From contig JBAXJR010000034.1 in NCBI GenBank assembly GCA_037137755.1, forward strand, positions 1-24,964: a DNA stretch of 24,964 nt, in the 5' to 3' direction. The DNA comes from Methanomicrobiales archaeon. GTDB lineage: Archaea > Halobacteriota > Methanomicrobia > Methanomicrobiales > Methanospirillaceae. Positions 16,763 through 24,964 of the stretch are shown in pieces. Positions within the stretch are counted from its first letter, which is position 1, and each line of letters begins with the position of its first letter. A program made the translations under genes and the position numbers. The notes below the pieces were generated by a model. The model was not told the DNA's origin and did not search any database. It was given only the letters and a program-made list of their open reading frames with translations.

Positions 16763-19657
16763 ATGTCTGGTGCATGCCAGGTACTCTATGTAGATGACGA
16801 AATGGATCTCCTAGACCTCGGCAAGCTGTTCATAGAGCAATCCGGAGACTTTTCTGTTACAACAATGGCCTCTGCACCTGCGGCATTAACACTCCTTCAG
16901 AAGGAGAAATTCGATGTCATCATCTCTGATTACCAGATGCCAGATATGGATGGCATCCAGTTCCTCATAGAAGTCCGGAAAAATTTCGGGAATCTTCCAT
17001 TTATTCTTTTTACAGGAAGGGGGAGGGAAGAGGTAGTCATCCAGGCAATAAACAATGGAGCTGACTTTTATCTCCAGAAAGGGGGTGATCCAGAACCGCA
17101 ATTCGTTGAACTGACTCACAAGATTAAAAAGGCAGTTGAGGGAGTACGTTCAGATATAGCGGTTCATGAATCCAAAGAACGACTTATCAGATCCGAATCA
17201 GACCTCAGTATTAAAGAGATCGAACTTGAGATGCAGGCAGAAGAGGTAAAAAGAGCTAATCTTGCACTTGAGGAGTCACGGGACAGGTACTTAGACCTCT
17301 ACGAATTCGCCCCGCTTGCCTATCTCATGCTCAACGATAAGGGCATGATTATGGATCTGAACCTTACAGCCGCCACACTCCTAAGCATTGAAAGAGGCAA
17401 CCTAAAAAAGGCTCCATTCAGTAAATTTTTGTCAGAAAAAGACTCCGATACGTGGCACCTGTATTTCATGAATTTACAGAAGCAGGAAAACAAACAGACC
17501 TGCGTCCTCACCATCAAACGAGAGGACGGCTCCTTTTTCCACGCACGACTGGAAAGCCTCCGACTTATCAGAGATGGTGATGCAGGAGCAACAGTCCGGG
17601 TTGCAATCAGCGATATTAGTGATATCTGGAAGTTGAATGCAGATCTAATGGAAAGCAAAGAGAGATTCCAATCGCTCTATATGCACATGATTGAAGGAGC
17701 CGCCCTTCATGAACTCACCTATAATATAAAAGGGGTACCAGATGATTACGTCATCCTTGAAATCAACCCAGCATTCGAGAAGCAGGTTGGCGTTTCCAGA
17801 GATATGGTTATTGGGAAGACCAGCCGGGAAGCATATGGTGTAGATGAGCCGCCGTATTTTGATATATACAAACGAGTGGCACTTGAAGGAGGACAAGAGG
17901 TCTTTGAAACCTACTTCCCACCCCTGGACAAGCATTTTTTAATATCTTTATATTCTCCTTCTAAAGGCAGGTTTGCCACGATATTTGAAGATATCACCGA
18001 CCGGATACGGAAAGAAAAACGTCAGGCACTAACGCTGACATTGTTACAGATCCTCAACGATTATTCCAGTGAAGAAGACAGCATCAAACAAATCCTTCAT
18101 GCCATTAAGGAATCCACCGGTATTGAAGCGGTTGGAATAAGGCTGGAAAACGGAGAAGACTATCCTTATTATGAAACCAACGGATTTCCAGATACATTCG
18201 TGGAATCTGAACGATCCCTCTGTGGTCGTGATAGTTCCGGGAATGTGAAACGGGATTCAAATGGCAAGGTAATTCTTGAATGCATGTGTGGGAATATTAT
18301 CTGTGGACGAACCGATCCTCAGTATCAGTTCTTTACGACGGGGGGTAGTTTCTGGTCAAATTGCACAACCGAACTTCTTGCATCAACAACGGACCAGGAA
18401 CGCCAGGCAACGACCAGGAACCGCTGTAACGGTGAAGGGTACGAATCAGTGGCACTGATACCATTGCGTTCCGATAAAAAAATCATCGGCTTGCTCCAGT
18501 TGAATGACCACCAAAAAAATATATTTTCCCTTGAACGGATTCAGTTCTTCGAAGGACTAGGAAACACTATAGGTATTGCTTTACACCGCAAGCGGACAGT
18601 GCAGGAATTGATCTCAGCTCAGAATTATCTGAAAGAGGCTCATAAGATCGCAAAAATCGGTACTTGGGATTGGTTAATGGAGAAAGATACTGTCACCTGG
18701 TCGGAGGAACTATCCAATATTGCAGGACGTGACCCATCCTTACCCGCACCTTCCTTCGCCGAGCACCCACGTTTCCATACACCTGCAGGTTGGGATCTCC
18801 TAGAAAAAGCTGTTTCGAGAGCTGTCAACACCGGTGAACCATACAACCTCGAGCTGGAAATGATCCGTTCTGATGGCCGTATCATGTGGACATATGCAAC
18901 CGGCAGTGTCAGACGTGACAATAAAGGAAAGGTCATCGGACTTCATGGCATGGTGCAGGATATTTCTGAAATTAAACAAGCTGAAGAGGCATTCCGCCTG
19001 GCGAATAAAAAGCTCAACATTCTTACGGGAATTACCCGGCACGACATCAACAACCAGCTTCTGGTAATAGATGGATTTGTCAAATTATTACAGAAACAAG
19101 TTCCTGATCCAAAATTAGAGGATTATTTCAACCGGATATCGGTGGGAAGTGACAGGATTTCGGCAATGATCCGATTCACAAAAGAATATGAGGAAGTAGG
19201 TGTGAATACCCCCGTTTGGCAGGAGGTTCACAAACTTGTCGAAACAGCGGGAAAAGAGGTACCACTTGGAAATGTCAAAGTGAAAAATGACATCCCTGGC
19301 GGATCAGAGGTATTTGCGGATCCCCTCATTATCAAGGTATTTTACAACCTGATGGATAATGCAATGCGGTACGGTGAGAAGATCACGACTATTGAATTCG
19401 CACTCGAAAAACGAGAAAATGACTATATCCTGGTATGTGAGGATGATGGTAGTGGAATTCCAGTTGATGATAAAGAAAAGATCTTCGAGAAGGGCTATGG
19501 GAAGAACACCGGACTTGGTCTTTTCCTCTCCCGTGAAATTCTCGCTATAACGGGTATTACTATCAGTGAAACTGGCGAAGTGGGGAAGGGAGCACGGTTC
19601 GAGATGGCGGTGCCGAACCTGGCTTGGCGTATGTCAGGTGAGGGAAACAGAAAATGA
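16763..19657 (+). CDS. Hybrid sensor histidine kinase: REC + 2 PAS + Cys-rich GAF + PAS + HisKA-like + HATPase
   Basis: REC motifs (VDDE, ISDYQMP), PAS units, GAF ending YESVALIPL..IGLLQLND, H-box ITRHDINNQL, YNLMDNAMRYG, CEDDGSGI, GKNTGLGL. Confidence 0.95.
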   Translation: MSGACQVLYVDDEMDLLDLGKLFIEQSGDFSVTTMASAPAALTLLQKEKFDVIISDYQMPDMDGIQFLIEVRKNFGNLPFILFTGRGREEVVIQAINNGADFYLQKGGDPEPQFVELTHKIKKAVEGVRSDIAVHESKERLIRSESDLSIKEIELEMQAEEVKRANLALEESRDRYLDLYEFAPLAYLMLNDKGMIMDLNLTAATLLSIERGNLKKAPFSKFLSEKDSDTWHLYFMNLQKQENKQTCVLTIKREDGSFFHARLESLRLIRDGDAGATVRVAISDISDIWKLNADLMESKERFQSLYMHMIEGAALHELTYNIKGVPDDYVILEINPAFEKQVGVSRDMVIGKTSREAYGVDEPPYFDIYKRVALEGGQEVFETYFPPLDKHFLISLYSPSKGRFATIFEDITDRIRKEKRQALTLTLLQILNDYSSEEDSIKQILHAIKESTGIEAVGIRLENGEDYPYYETNGFPDTFVESERSLCGRDSSGNVKRDSNGKVILECMCGNIICGRTDPQYQFFTTGGSFWSNCTTELLASTTDQERQATTRNRCNGEGYESVALIPLRSDKKIIGLLQLNDHQKNIFSLERIQFFEGLGNTIGIALHRKRTVQELISAQNYLKEAHKIAKIGTWDWLMEKDTVTWSEELSNIAGRDPSLPAPSFAEHPRFHTPAGWDLLEKAVSRAVNTGEPYNLELEMIRSDGRIMWTYATGSVRRDNKGKVIGLHGMVQDISEIKQAEEAFRLANKKLNILTGITRHDINNQLLVIDGFVKLLQKQVPDPKLEDYFNRISVGSDRISAMIRFTKEYEEVGVNTPVWQEVHKLVETAGKEVPLGNVKVKNDIPGGSEVFADPLIIKVFYNLMDNAMRYGEKITTIEFALEKRENDYILVCEDDGSGIPVDDKEKIFEKGYGKNTGLGLFLSREILAITGITISETGEVGKGARFEMAVPNLAWRMSGEGNRK

Positions 19658-21636
19658 CAGCCGGGAAAATGAAGCCGGAGCATAAGGACACAGACACCCC
19701 GGTCATTGAACAAACACTCCGGGATGATGCAGAGGAGCAGCCCGCATGTATACCGAAGAATTCACCCGGGTTAAAAGGACTTACGACAGAACGACTCTTC
19801 CACGAACTCCAGGTAAATCCGAACGAGATCGAAACGATTACAGAAAATTTACTTACGTCATCAGAGAGCCGGTATCGCCGGTTCTTTGAGGCGGTGAGGG
19901 ATGGCATCCTGATTGTCGATGCCGAAACGGGAACCATCCTGGATGTGAATCCCTTCCTGATCGAATTGCTGGGATTCAACCATGAACAGTTCCTTGGGAA
20001 GAAACTCTGGGAGATTGGAGTATTCAAGGATATCGCAGCCAGCAAAGATAATTTTAAGGAATTGCAGGAGAAGAAATACATCCACTTTGAAAATCTGCCG
20101 CTGGAAACCGCCGATGGGCGTCAGATCTACGCGGATTTTGTCAGTTTCGTCTATGATGTGGGAGACAATAAAGTGATGCAGTGCAATATCCGGGACATCA
20201 CCGAACGGAAACGTGCGGGCGAACTGATCTGGCTTCTTGCACGCATGTCAGACGATGCCCCGGCATCTATCACTGTCCATGACTTTGACGGAAATTACCT
20301 CTATGTTAACGAGGAGACATTGCGACTCCATGGATATACACGTGAGGAGTATCTCGCGAAGAACCTCCACGAGATCGATGTGCCCGGGAGCAAGGAATTG
20401 ATCACCGAACGGATGCAGGAAATCCATGACACGGGAGAAGCTGATTTTGAGGTGGAACATTTCCGGAAAGACGGCACCATATTCCCGCTCTATGTAAATG
20501 CAAAAATTATCGACTGGGGCGGCAAGAAGGTCCTGATGAGTATCGCGATTGACCTGACGGAGCGGAAGTGTGCTGAACTTGCTTTACGGGAAAGCTATGC
20601 ACTGGCGAAGAGTGAGCGGAAATACCGGGACTTGTTCGAGAGTTCTCGTGACGCTATCATGACTCTTGAACCTCCTTCCTGGAAATTCACCTCCTGCAAC
20701 CAGGCGACAGTTGCGTTGTTCGGTGCGAAGAGTGAGGGGGAGTTCGTATCTCTTGGACCATGGGATGTGGCCCCGGAGTTCCAGCCGGACGGGGTCGATT
20801 CTGTCAGCAAGGCAAAGAAAATGATCAAAAAAACCGTGATTGACGGGTCTGCCTCCTTCGAATGGGTTCATAAGCGGATCGATGGTCGGGAGTTTATTTC
20901 AACGGTCCTCCTGACCCGGATGGAGCGGCAAGGCACCGTGTTCCTCCAGGCTACCGTCAGAGACATCACCGATCGCAAGCGGGCGGAAGAAGCACTAGCC
21001 CTCGCAAACAAGAAACTCACCCTGCTTTCCGGCATTACCCGGCACGATATTAACAACCAGCTCACGGTGCTCGTTGGGTATCTTCGCATTCTTGAAAAGA
21101 AGCAGCCCGATACAATTCACAACGAGTATTTCCAAAAGATAGCAACCGCAGCACAGCGCATATCGTCGATGATCCAGTTTACCAGAGAATACGAGAGCAT
21201 CGGTGTTAATGCCCCTACATGGCAGGAATGCCACACTCTCGTAGACACTGCGGCAAAACAAGCCCCGCTCGGAATGGTCGTGGTGAAGAACGACCTCCCT
21301 GCCGGAGCCGAAATGTTCGCCGACTCGCTTGTTGTCAAGGTGTTTTACAACCTGATGGACAATGCGGTGCGGTACGGCGGGAAGATCACAACCATCCGGT
21401 TCTCTGTTAAGGAATCCGAAAACTACCGTCTGATAATATGCGAGGATGATGGCAATGGGATCCCTATCGGAGAGAAAGAAAAGATTTTTGACCGTGGGTT
21501 CGGGAAGAATACCGGGCTCGGTTTGGCCCTTTCCCGGGAAATTCTCGACATTACCGGCATTTCGATCACCGAGACCGGCGAGCCGGGCAAGGGAGCACGG
21601 TTTGAGATGACGGTACCGAAAGGGATGTATAGGTAA
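19654..21636 (+). CDS. Sensor histidine kinase: 3 PAS + HisKA-like + HATPase (no REC)
   Basis: ATGA overlap with the upstream kinase. Three PAS/PAC units (RDITERK, IDLTERK, RDITDRK), ITRHDINNQL, YNLMDNAVRYG, CEDDGNGI, GKNTGLGL. Confidence 0.94.
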   Translation: MTAGKMKPEHKDTDTPVIEQTLRDDAEEQPACIPKNSPGLKGLTTERLFHELQVNPNEIETITENLLTSSESRYRRFFEAVRDGILIVDAETGTILDVNPFLIELLGFNHEQFLGKKLWEIGVFKDIAASKDNFKELQEKKYIHFENLPLETADGRQIYADFVSFVYDVGDNKVMQCNIRDITERKRAGELIWLLARMSDDAPASITVHDFDGNYLYVNEETLRLHGYTREEYLAKNLHEIDVPGSKELITERMQEIHDTGEADFEVEHFRKDGTIFPLYVNAKIIDWGGKKVLMSIAIDLTERKCAELALRESYALAKSERKYRDLFESSRDAIMTLEPPSWKFTSCNQATVALFGAKSEGEFVSLGPWDVAPEFQPDGVDSVSKAKKMIKKTVIDGSASFEWVHKRIDGREFISTVLLTRMERQGTVFLQATVRDITDRKRAEEALALANKKLTLLSGITRHDINNQLTVLVGYLRILEKKQPDTIHNEYFQKIATAAQRISSMIQFTREYESIGVNAPTWQECHTLVDTAAKQAPLGMVVVKNDLPAGAEMFADSLVVKVFYNLMDNAVRYGGKITTIRFSVKESENYRLIICEDDGNGIPIGEKEKIFDRGFGKNTGLGLALSREILDITGISITETGEPGKGARFEMTVPKGMYR

Positions 21637-21658
21637 TCTTTTTCCGGGGCTGAAATTT

Positions 21659-22207
21659 TTAAGTCATTTCCGGAACCAGCACCCAGGATGCTTCCTCGTT
21701 ACCAAAATGGTAGTGGAAAACAAGGCCCGGAAGTGCCAGGTCCGGGACATCCGCAATCTCAACAGTACCTTTCCGTATTTCCCCGGGTTTAAGTCCCATC
21801 AAAGCAACATGGGTGGGTACACTGTACTGCTTTCCAGATCGGTCAACAGCGTATAAATCTGACAGTTTTTTCTGGAGTTCGGCAACCGTCTCATTCCCTA
21901 CATTTTTTACAGTCAGCTCAAAGCTTACCGTTTGCTTAACCGAATCACGGCTTTTATCCGTAACTAAAAAGACAAGCGATAAATTTCCTGCATGCAATTC
22001 GGCTTCCTGGTTGAGATTAAGATTTGAAGACGAATTTTTTAATTGAGTGATGCCAGGTGTAACAACGGGCCGCGGGCTTTCTGGTATAATGATCGTTGGG
22101 GTTGCAGGCACCGTCTTTACCTGACTTGAGGTACATCCTGCAATCATGCACACAGAAAATAGGATAAGTGTGCAGAAAAAAAATGCGAATATATCCTTTT
22201 CAGACAT
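21659..22207 (-). CDS. Putative lipoprotein with Pro/Thr linker and Ig-like beta-sandwich domain
   Basis: Hydrophobic N-terminus with lipobox IAGC, PATPT linker, and beta-rich domain (FELTVKNVG, AVDRSGKQY, LKPGEIRKGTV). Start at 22207 or 22213. Confidence 0.75.
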   Translation of the reverse strand: MSEKDIFAFFFCTLILFSVCMIAGCTSSQVKTVPATPTIIIPESPRPVVTPGITQLKNSSSNLNLNQEAELHAGNLSLVFLVTDKSRDSVKQTVSFELTVKNVGNETVAELQKKLSDLYAVDRSGKQYSVPTHVALMGLKPGEIRKGTVEIADVPDLALPGLVFHYHFGNEEASWVLVPEMT

Positions 22208-22278
22208 TATCATTCCCTTGTAACGGTCTTTGCCAAATTATGCTTTTTATCAGCTGAATATTTAACAATTGTGATGTT

Positions 22279-22344
22279 GAGACCGGGGAGCCTGGTAAAG
22301 GTGCACGGTTCGAGATGACGGTGCCGAAAGGGATGTATAGGTAA
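22279..22344 (+). pseudogene. Orphan 66-nt kinase 3' end; direct repeat of 21571-21636
   Basis: Encodes ETGEPGKGARFEMTVPKGMYR*, identical in amino acids to the end of the 19654-21636 gene. 59 of 66 nt are identical and all 7 differences are synonymous. Confidence 0.9.
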
Positions 22345-22361
22345 TCCGATCCTGGGCTACA

Positions 22362-22541
22362 TTTGCCTACAATAAAGAAAGGTTGCCTGATGCCCGGGAC
22401 CTGGCTCGATCCGCCCGGTTATCGATGTCTGGCCGGGCGTTGAATATTACTATCGGGTCTGTTTATTACACGGTGCCGTTACGATCGTTTTTAGCTGTGT
22501 TGGATGGCAGGAACAGGAAGGCGGCGGTATTTGTTGGGAAA
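22362..22541 (+). pseudogene. Probable fragment of an unknown gene (partly repeated at 15202-15290)
   Basis: Open frame ...DARDLARSARLSMSGRALNITIGSVYYTVPLRSFLAVLDGRNRKAAVFVGK. It looks protein-like but has no good start or RBS, and begins right after the kinase-tail fragment. Confidence 0.5.
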
Positions 22542-22668
22542 AATATAAAACGAGATCCAATCGTTCATACTCTAAGTCATACTGAAAATTCTCGAAGATG
22601 GGGATAGTGGTTGAGACCGGCAGAACTATGGAAACCAATATGTAGTACTCCTCAAGAATTTTGATAAG

Positions 22669-24964
22669 ATGGCTGAGGCACTCCGGGTCCTTTATATCGA
22701 TGACGAGCCCGCCCTCCTTGATTTGTGTAAAATCTACCTTGAAAAGACCGGGAAATTCAGCGTCGATATTTCTATCTCGGGTAAGGAAGCACTCACACAA
22801 CTGGGTAAACAACAATATGATGCAATAATTTCCGATTACCAGATGCCAGGTATGGATGGCATTGACCTTTTAAAAGCCGTTCGCGACAGTCACGGAAATA
22901 TCCCGTTTATCCTTTTCACGGGGCGGGGCCGTGAGGAGGTAGTGATCGAGGCGATCAACAACGGTGTGGACTTCTATCTCCAGAAAGGCGGAGACCCGAA
23001 AGCCCAGTTTGCCGAGCTGGAACATAAGATCCGGCAGGCGATAGCCCGTCGGCAGGCCGAAAATTCTCTAAATGAATCTGAAAAGCGACTCGCCGATATC
23101 ATCAACTTCCTGCCCGATGCCACGTTTGCAATCGACCGTTCAGGCCAGGTCATTGCATGGAACCGCGCAATCGAAGAGATGACCGGTGTCACGGCAGCTG
23201 ATATTCTGGGGAAGGGGGAGTACGAGTATGCGATTCCCTTCTACGGAAAACGACGCCCCATTCTTATTGACCTGCTTTTTAAGCCGGAAGAAGATATCAG
23301 CAAACATTATAAAGGCATTTCTCGCGAAAAAGACGTCCTCATTGCTGAAACGGACCTCTCACAACCGAAAGGGGTGCAACGGACACTCATGGGCAAGGCG
23401 AGCCCGCTTTTTAACCAGAAAGGCGAAATTAGCGGTGCAATAGAGTCAATCCGGGATATCACCCGGATGAAAGAAACGGAACAATCGTTGCAGGAACAAA
23501 ACCAGGTCCTCGCCGCAATGAACCAGTTCTCCCTGGAACTTGCATCGCTGCCGGTCGGTGAAAGCATCGGGACATTCATTGTCCGGAAGCTGATGGAGTT
23601 AACCGGGGGAGTGGCGGCCTGGTATTCGGATTATCATCCTGCTGACCACACCCTTATTATCAGCCACCTCGAGTCCGGGCACGGCCTCCTCGAAAAAGCG
23701 GTAAAGATTCTGGGAAAAGATCCCCACGAGATAAAGACGGTTGTCAGTGCGGATCAGTACATGGAAATTGTCAGTAGTGCTGTTAAAAAGCTCCCGACTC
23801 TTACTGACGTCAGTTTTGGACAAATCCCCCCTGCAATGAGTTTTGCAATCCAGAAAGTCCTTGGTATTGACCATTTCTTCGGCCTTGTGTACGTTATTGA
23901 AGGGGAGCTCTTTGCCACTTCGGTCCTCGCGATTGGAAAAGGTAAGCAGGCCCCTTCTGTCGGGCTCCTCGAATCCTTCTCGCACATGGTTGCAGTATCC
24001 CTGCGCAGGCGCTCTGCAGAGGAAAAACTGCGTGCAGGCGAAGATAAATTCCGTACCGTTGCTGATTTTACCTATGGCTGGGAATACTGGGAGGCACCGG
24101 ATCACAGTATTATTTACATGAGTCCTTCCTGCGAAAGGATATCCGGTTATAGCAGGGAAGAATTCCAGCAGAACCCCTCTCTCAATGACTCCATCGTTGA
24201 CCCCCGTGACATGGAGGTGTGGGAGAACCACCGGAAGGAAGCTGATGAAACAAAAACGGCACTCAGCTTGGATATCCGTATCTTGAGAAAGGATGGGGAA
24301 CTATGCTGGATCAACCATACATGCCATCCGGTCTTTGATTCAGCGGGGCGCCACCTGGGCAGGCGTGCAAGCAACCGTGATATTACCGAAAAGAAACGGG
24401 TGGACGATGAACTGAGGGCAGCATACGAGGAGCTTAATGCATCCCAGGAAGAATTACAGGCCCAATTTGAAGCATTAATCCAGGGAGAACAGCAGATTAG
24501 GGAGAGTGAGGAGAAGTTCCGCTTGTTGCTCCAGCATGTCCCCTCAATATCGGTACAGGGCTACAACATGGATGGCACTACGCAATACTGGAACGATGCA
24601 TCCGAATCTCTCTATGGATATACTGCGCAGGAGGCTGTCGGAAAGAATCTTATCGATCTTGTCATCCCACCGGAAATGAAGGACGAGGTCAGGAAAGCGA
24701 TAACCTATATGGCGGAGAGCGGTCAACCCATTCCGGCGTCAGAACTCTCCCTCATGAGAAAGGATGGAACCCGCGTTGCGGTATTTTCTAGTCATGCAAT
24801 TGTCAAAAGGGCCAGGGGCGGAACAGAACTGTTCTGCATAGACATTGATCTTACCGAACGCAAACAGGCGGAGGAGGCGCTGAGCGAGAGCGAGCAAAAA
24901 TACCGCGAGATTTTTGAAAAATCGGTAACAGGGATATTCAAGACCACACATGACGGATTGCTGG
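22669..24964 (+). CDS. REC-PAS-GAF-like-PAS sensor protein, probably a hybrid histidine kinase (3'-truncated by window edge)
   Basis: Manual translation MAEALRVLYIDDEPALL...ISDYQMPGMDG...FTGRGREEVVIEAINNGVDFYLQKGG, then PAS (LADIINFLPDA..RDIT), a GAF-like region, PAS (FRTVADFTYGW), a coiled coil (RAAYEELNASQEEL) and further PAS units. Absent from the ORF track because no stop lies inside the window. Confidence 0.92.
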   Translation, partial: MAEALRVLYIDDEPALLDLCKIYLEKTGKFSVDISISGKEALTQLGKQQYDAIISDYQMPGMDGIDLLKAVRDSHGNIPFILFTGRGREEVVIEAINNGVDFYLQKGGDPKAQFAELEHKIRQAIARRQAENSLNESEKRLADIINFLPDATFAIDRSGQVIAWNRAIEEMTGVTAADILGKGEYEYAIPFYGKRRPILIDLLFKPEEDISKHYKGISREKDVLIAETDLSQPKGVQRTLMGKASPLFNQKGEISGAIESIRDITRMKETEQSLQEQNQVLAAMNQFSLELASLPVGESIGTFIVRKLMELTGGVAAWYSDYHPADHTLIISHLESGHGLLEKAVKILGKDPHEIKTVVSADQYMEIVSSAVKKLPTLTDVSFGQIPPAMSFAIQKVLGIDHFFGLVYVIEGELFATSVLAIGKGKQAPSVGLLESFSHMVAVSLRRRSAEEKLRAGEDKFRTVADFTYGWEYWEAPDHSIIYMSPSCERISGYSREEFQQNPSLNDSIVDPRDMEVWENHRKEADETKTALSLDIRILRKDGELCWINHTCHPVFDSAGRHLGRRASNRDITEKKRVDDELRAAYEELNASQEELQAQFEALIQGEQQIRESEEKFRLLLQHVPSISVQGYNMDGTTQYWNDASESLYGYTAQEAVGKNLIDLVIPPEMKDEVRKAITYMAESGQPIPASELSLMRKDGTRVAVFSSHAIVKRARGGTELFCIDIDLTERKQAEEALSESEQKYREIFEKSVTGIFKTTHDGLL

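Noticed and set aside
21571-22344. Kinase tail repeat as a diversity-generating retroelement template/variable repeat pair
   Set aside because: Mismatches are synonymous and not adenine-specific, and there is no reverse transcriptase in the window.
64-24951. Numerous short ORFs antisense to or overlapping the long genes (e.g. 870-1388, 4318-4740, 8091-8561, 19563-20081, 23599-24231)
   Set aside because: Shadow frames of well-supported genes, with no recognisable motifs or RBS.
1-24964. tRNA, rRNA, CRISPR array or IS transposase
   Set aside because: No cloverleaf or rRNA signatures, regularly spaced repeats or transposase motifs were recognised by eye.

Overview
Archaeal window that looks like a Methanomicrobiales methanogen (inferred from the REC-PAS-histidine kinase paralogue style, PolB2 and GGTG-type ribosome-binding sites). 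The left ~11 kb is an accessory or defence-type block. It holds the 3' end of a HEPN (HepT/DUF86) RNase gene directly upstream of a type I R-M hsdR, a stand-alone PolB2 with a degenerate active-site motif, an orphan AbrB-type regulator, an Mrr nuclease and a lipoprotein. It also holds a GNAT toxin-like gene preceded by a 49-aa putative antitoxin missed by the ORF track, and a tightly packed minus-strand operon of four unknown genes (soluble 168 aa, internal hairpin, two small membrane proteins, secreted 254 aa). The right ~14 kb is a two-component signalling array: three complete and one partial PAS-rich sensor kinases, a single-domain receiver, a truncated Cdc6/Orc1 paralogue and a lipoprotein. 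It is interspersed with orphan gene-tail fragments (two kinase 3' ends, two copies of an unknown gene segment) that suggest recombination anchored at kinase 3' ends. No rRNA, tRNA, CRISPR array, transposase or integrase was recognised.
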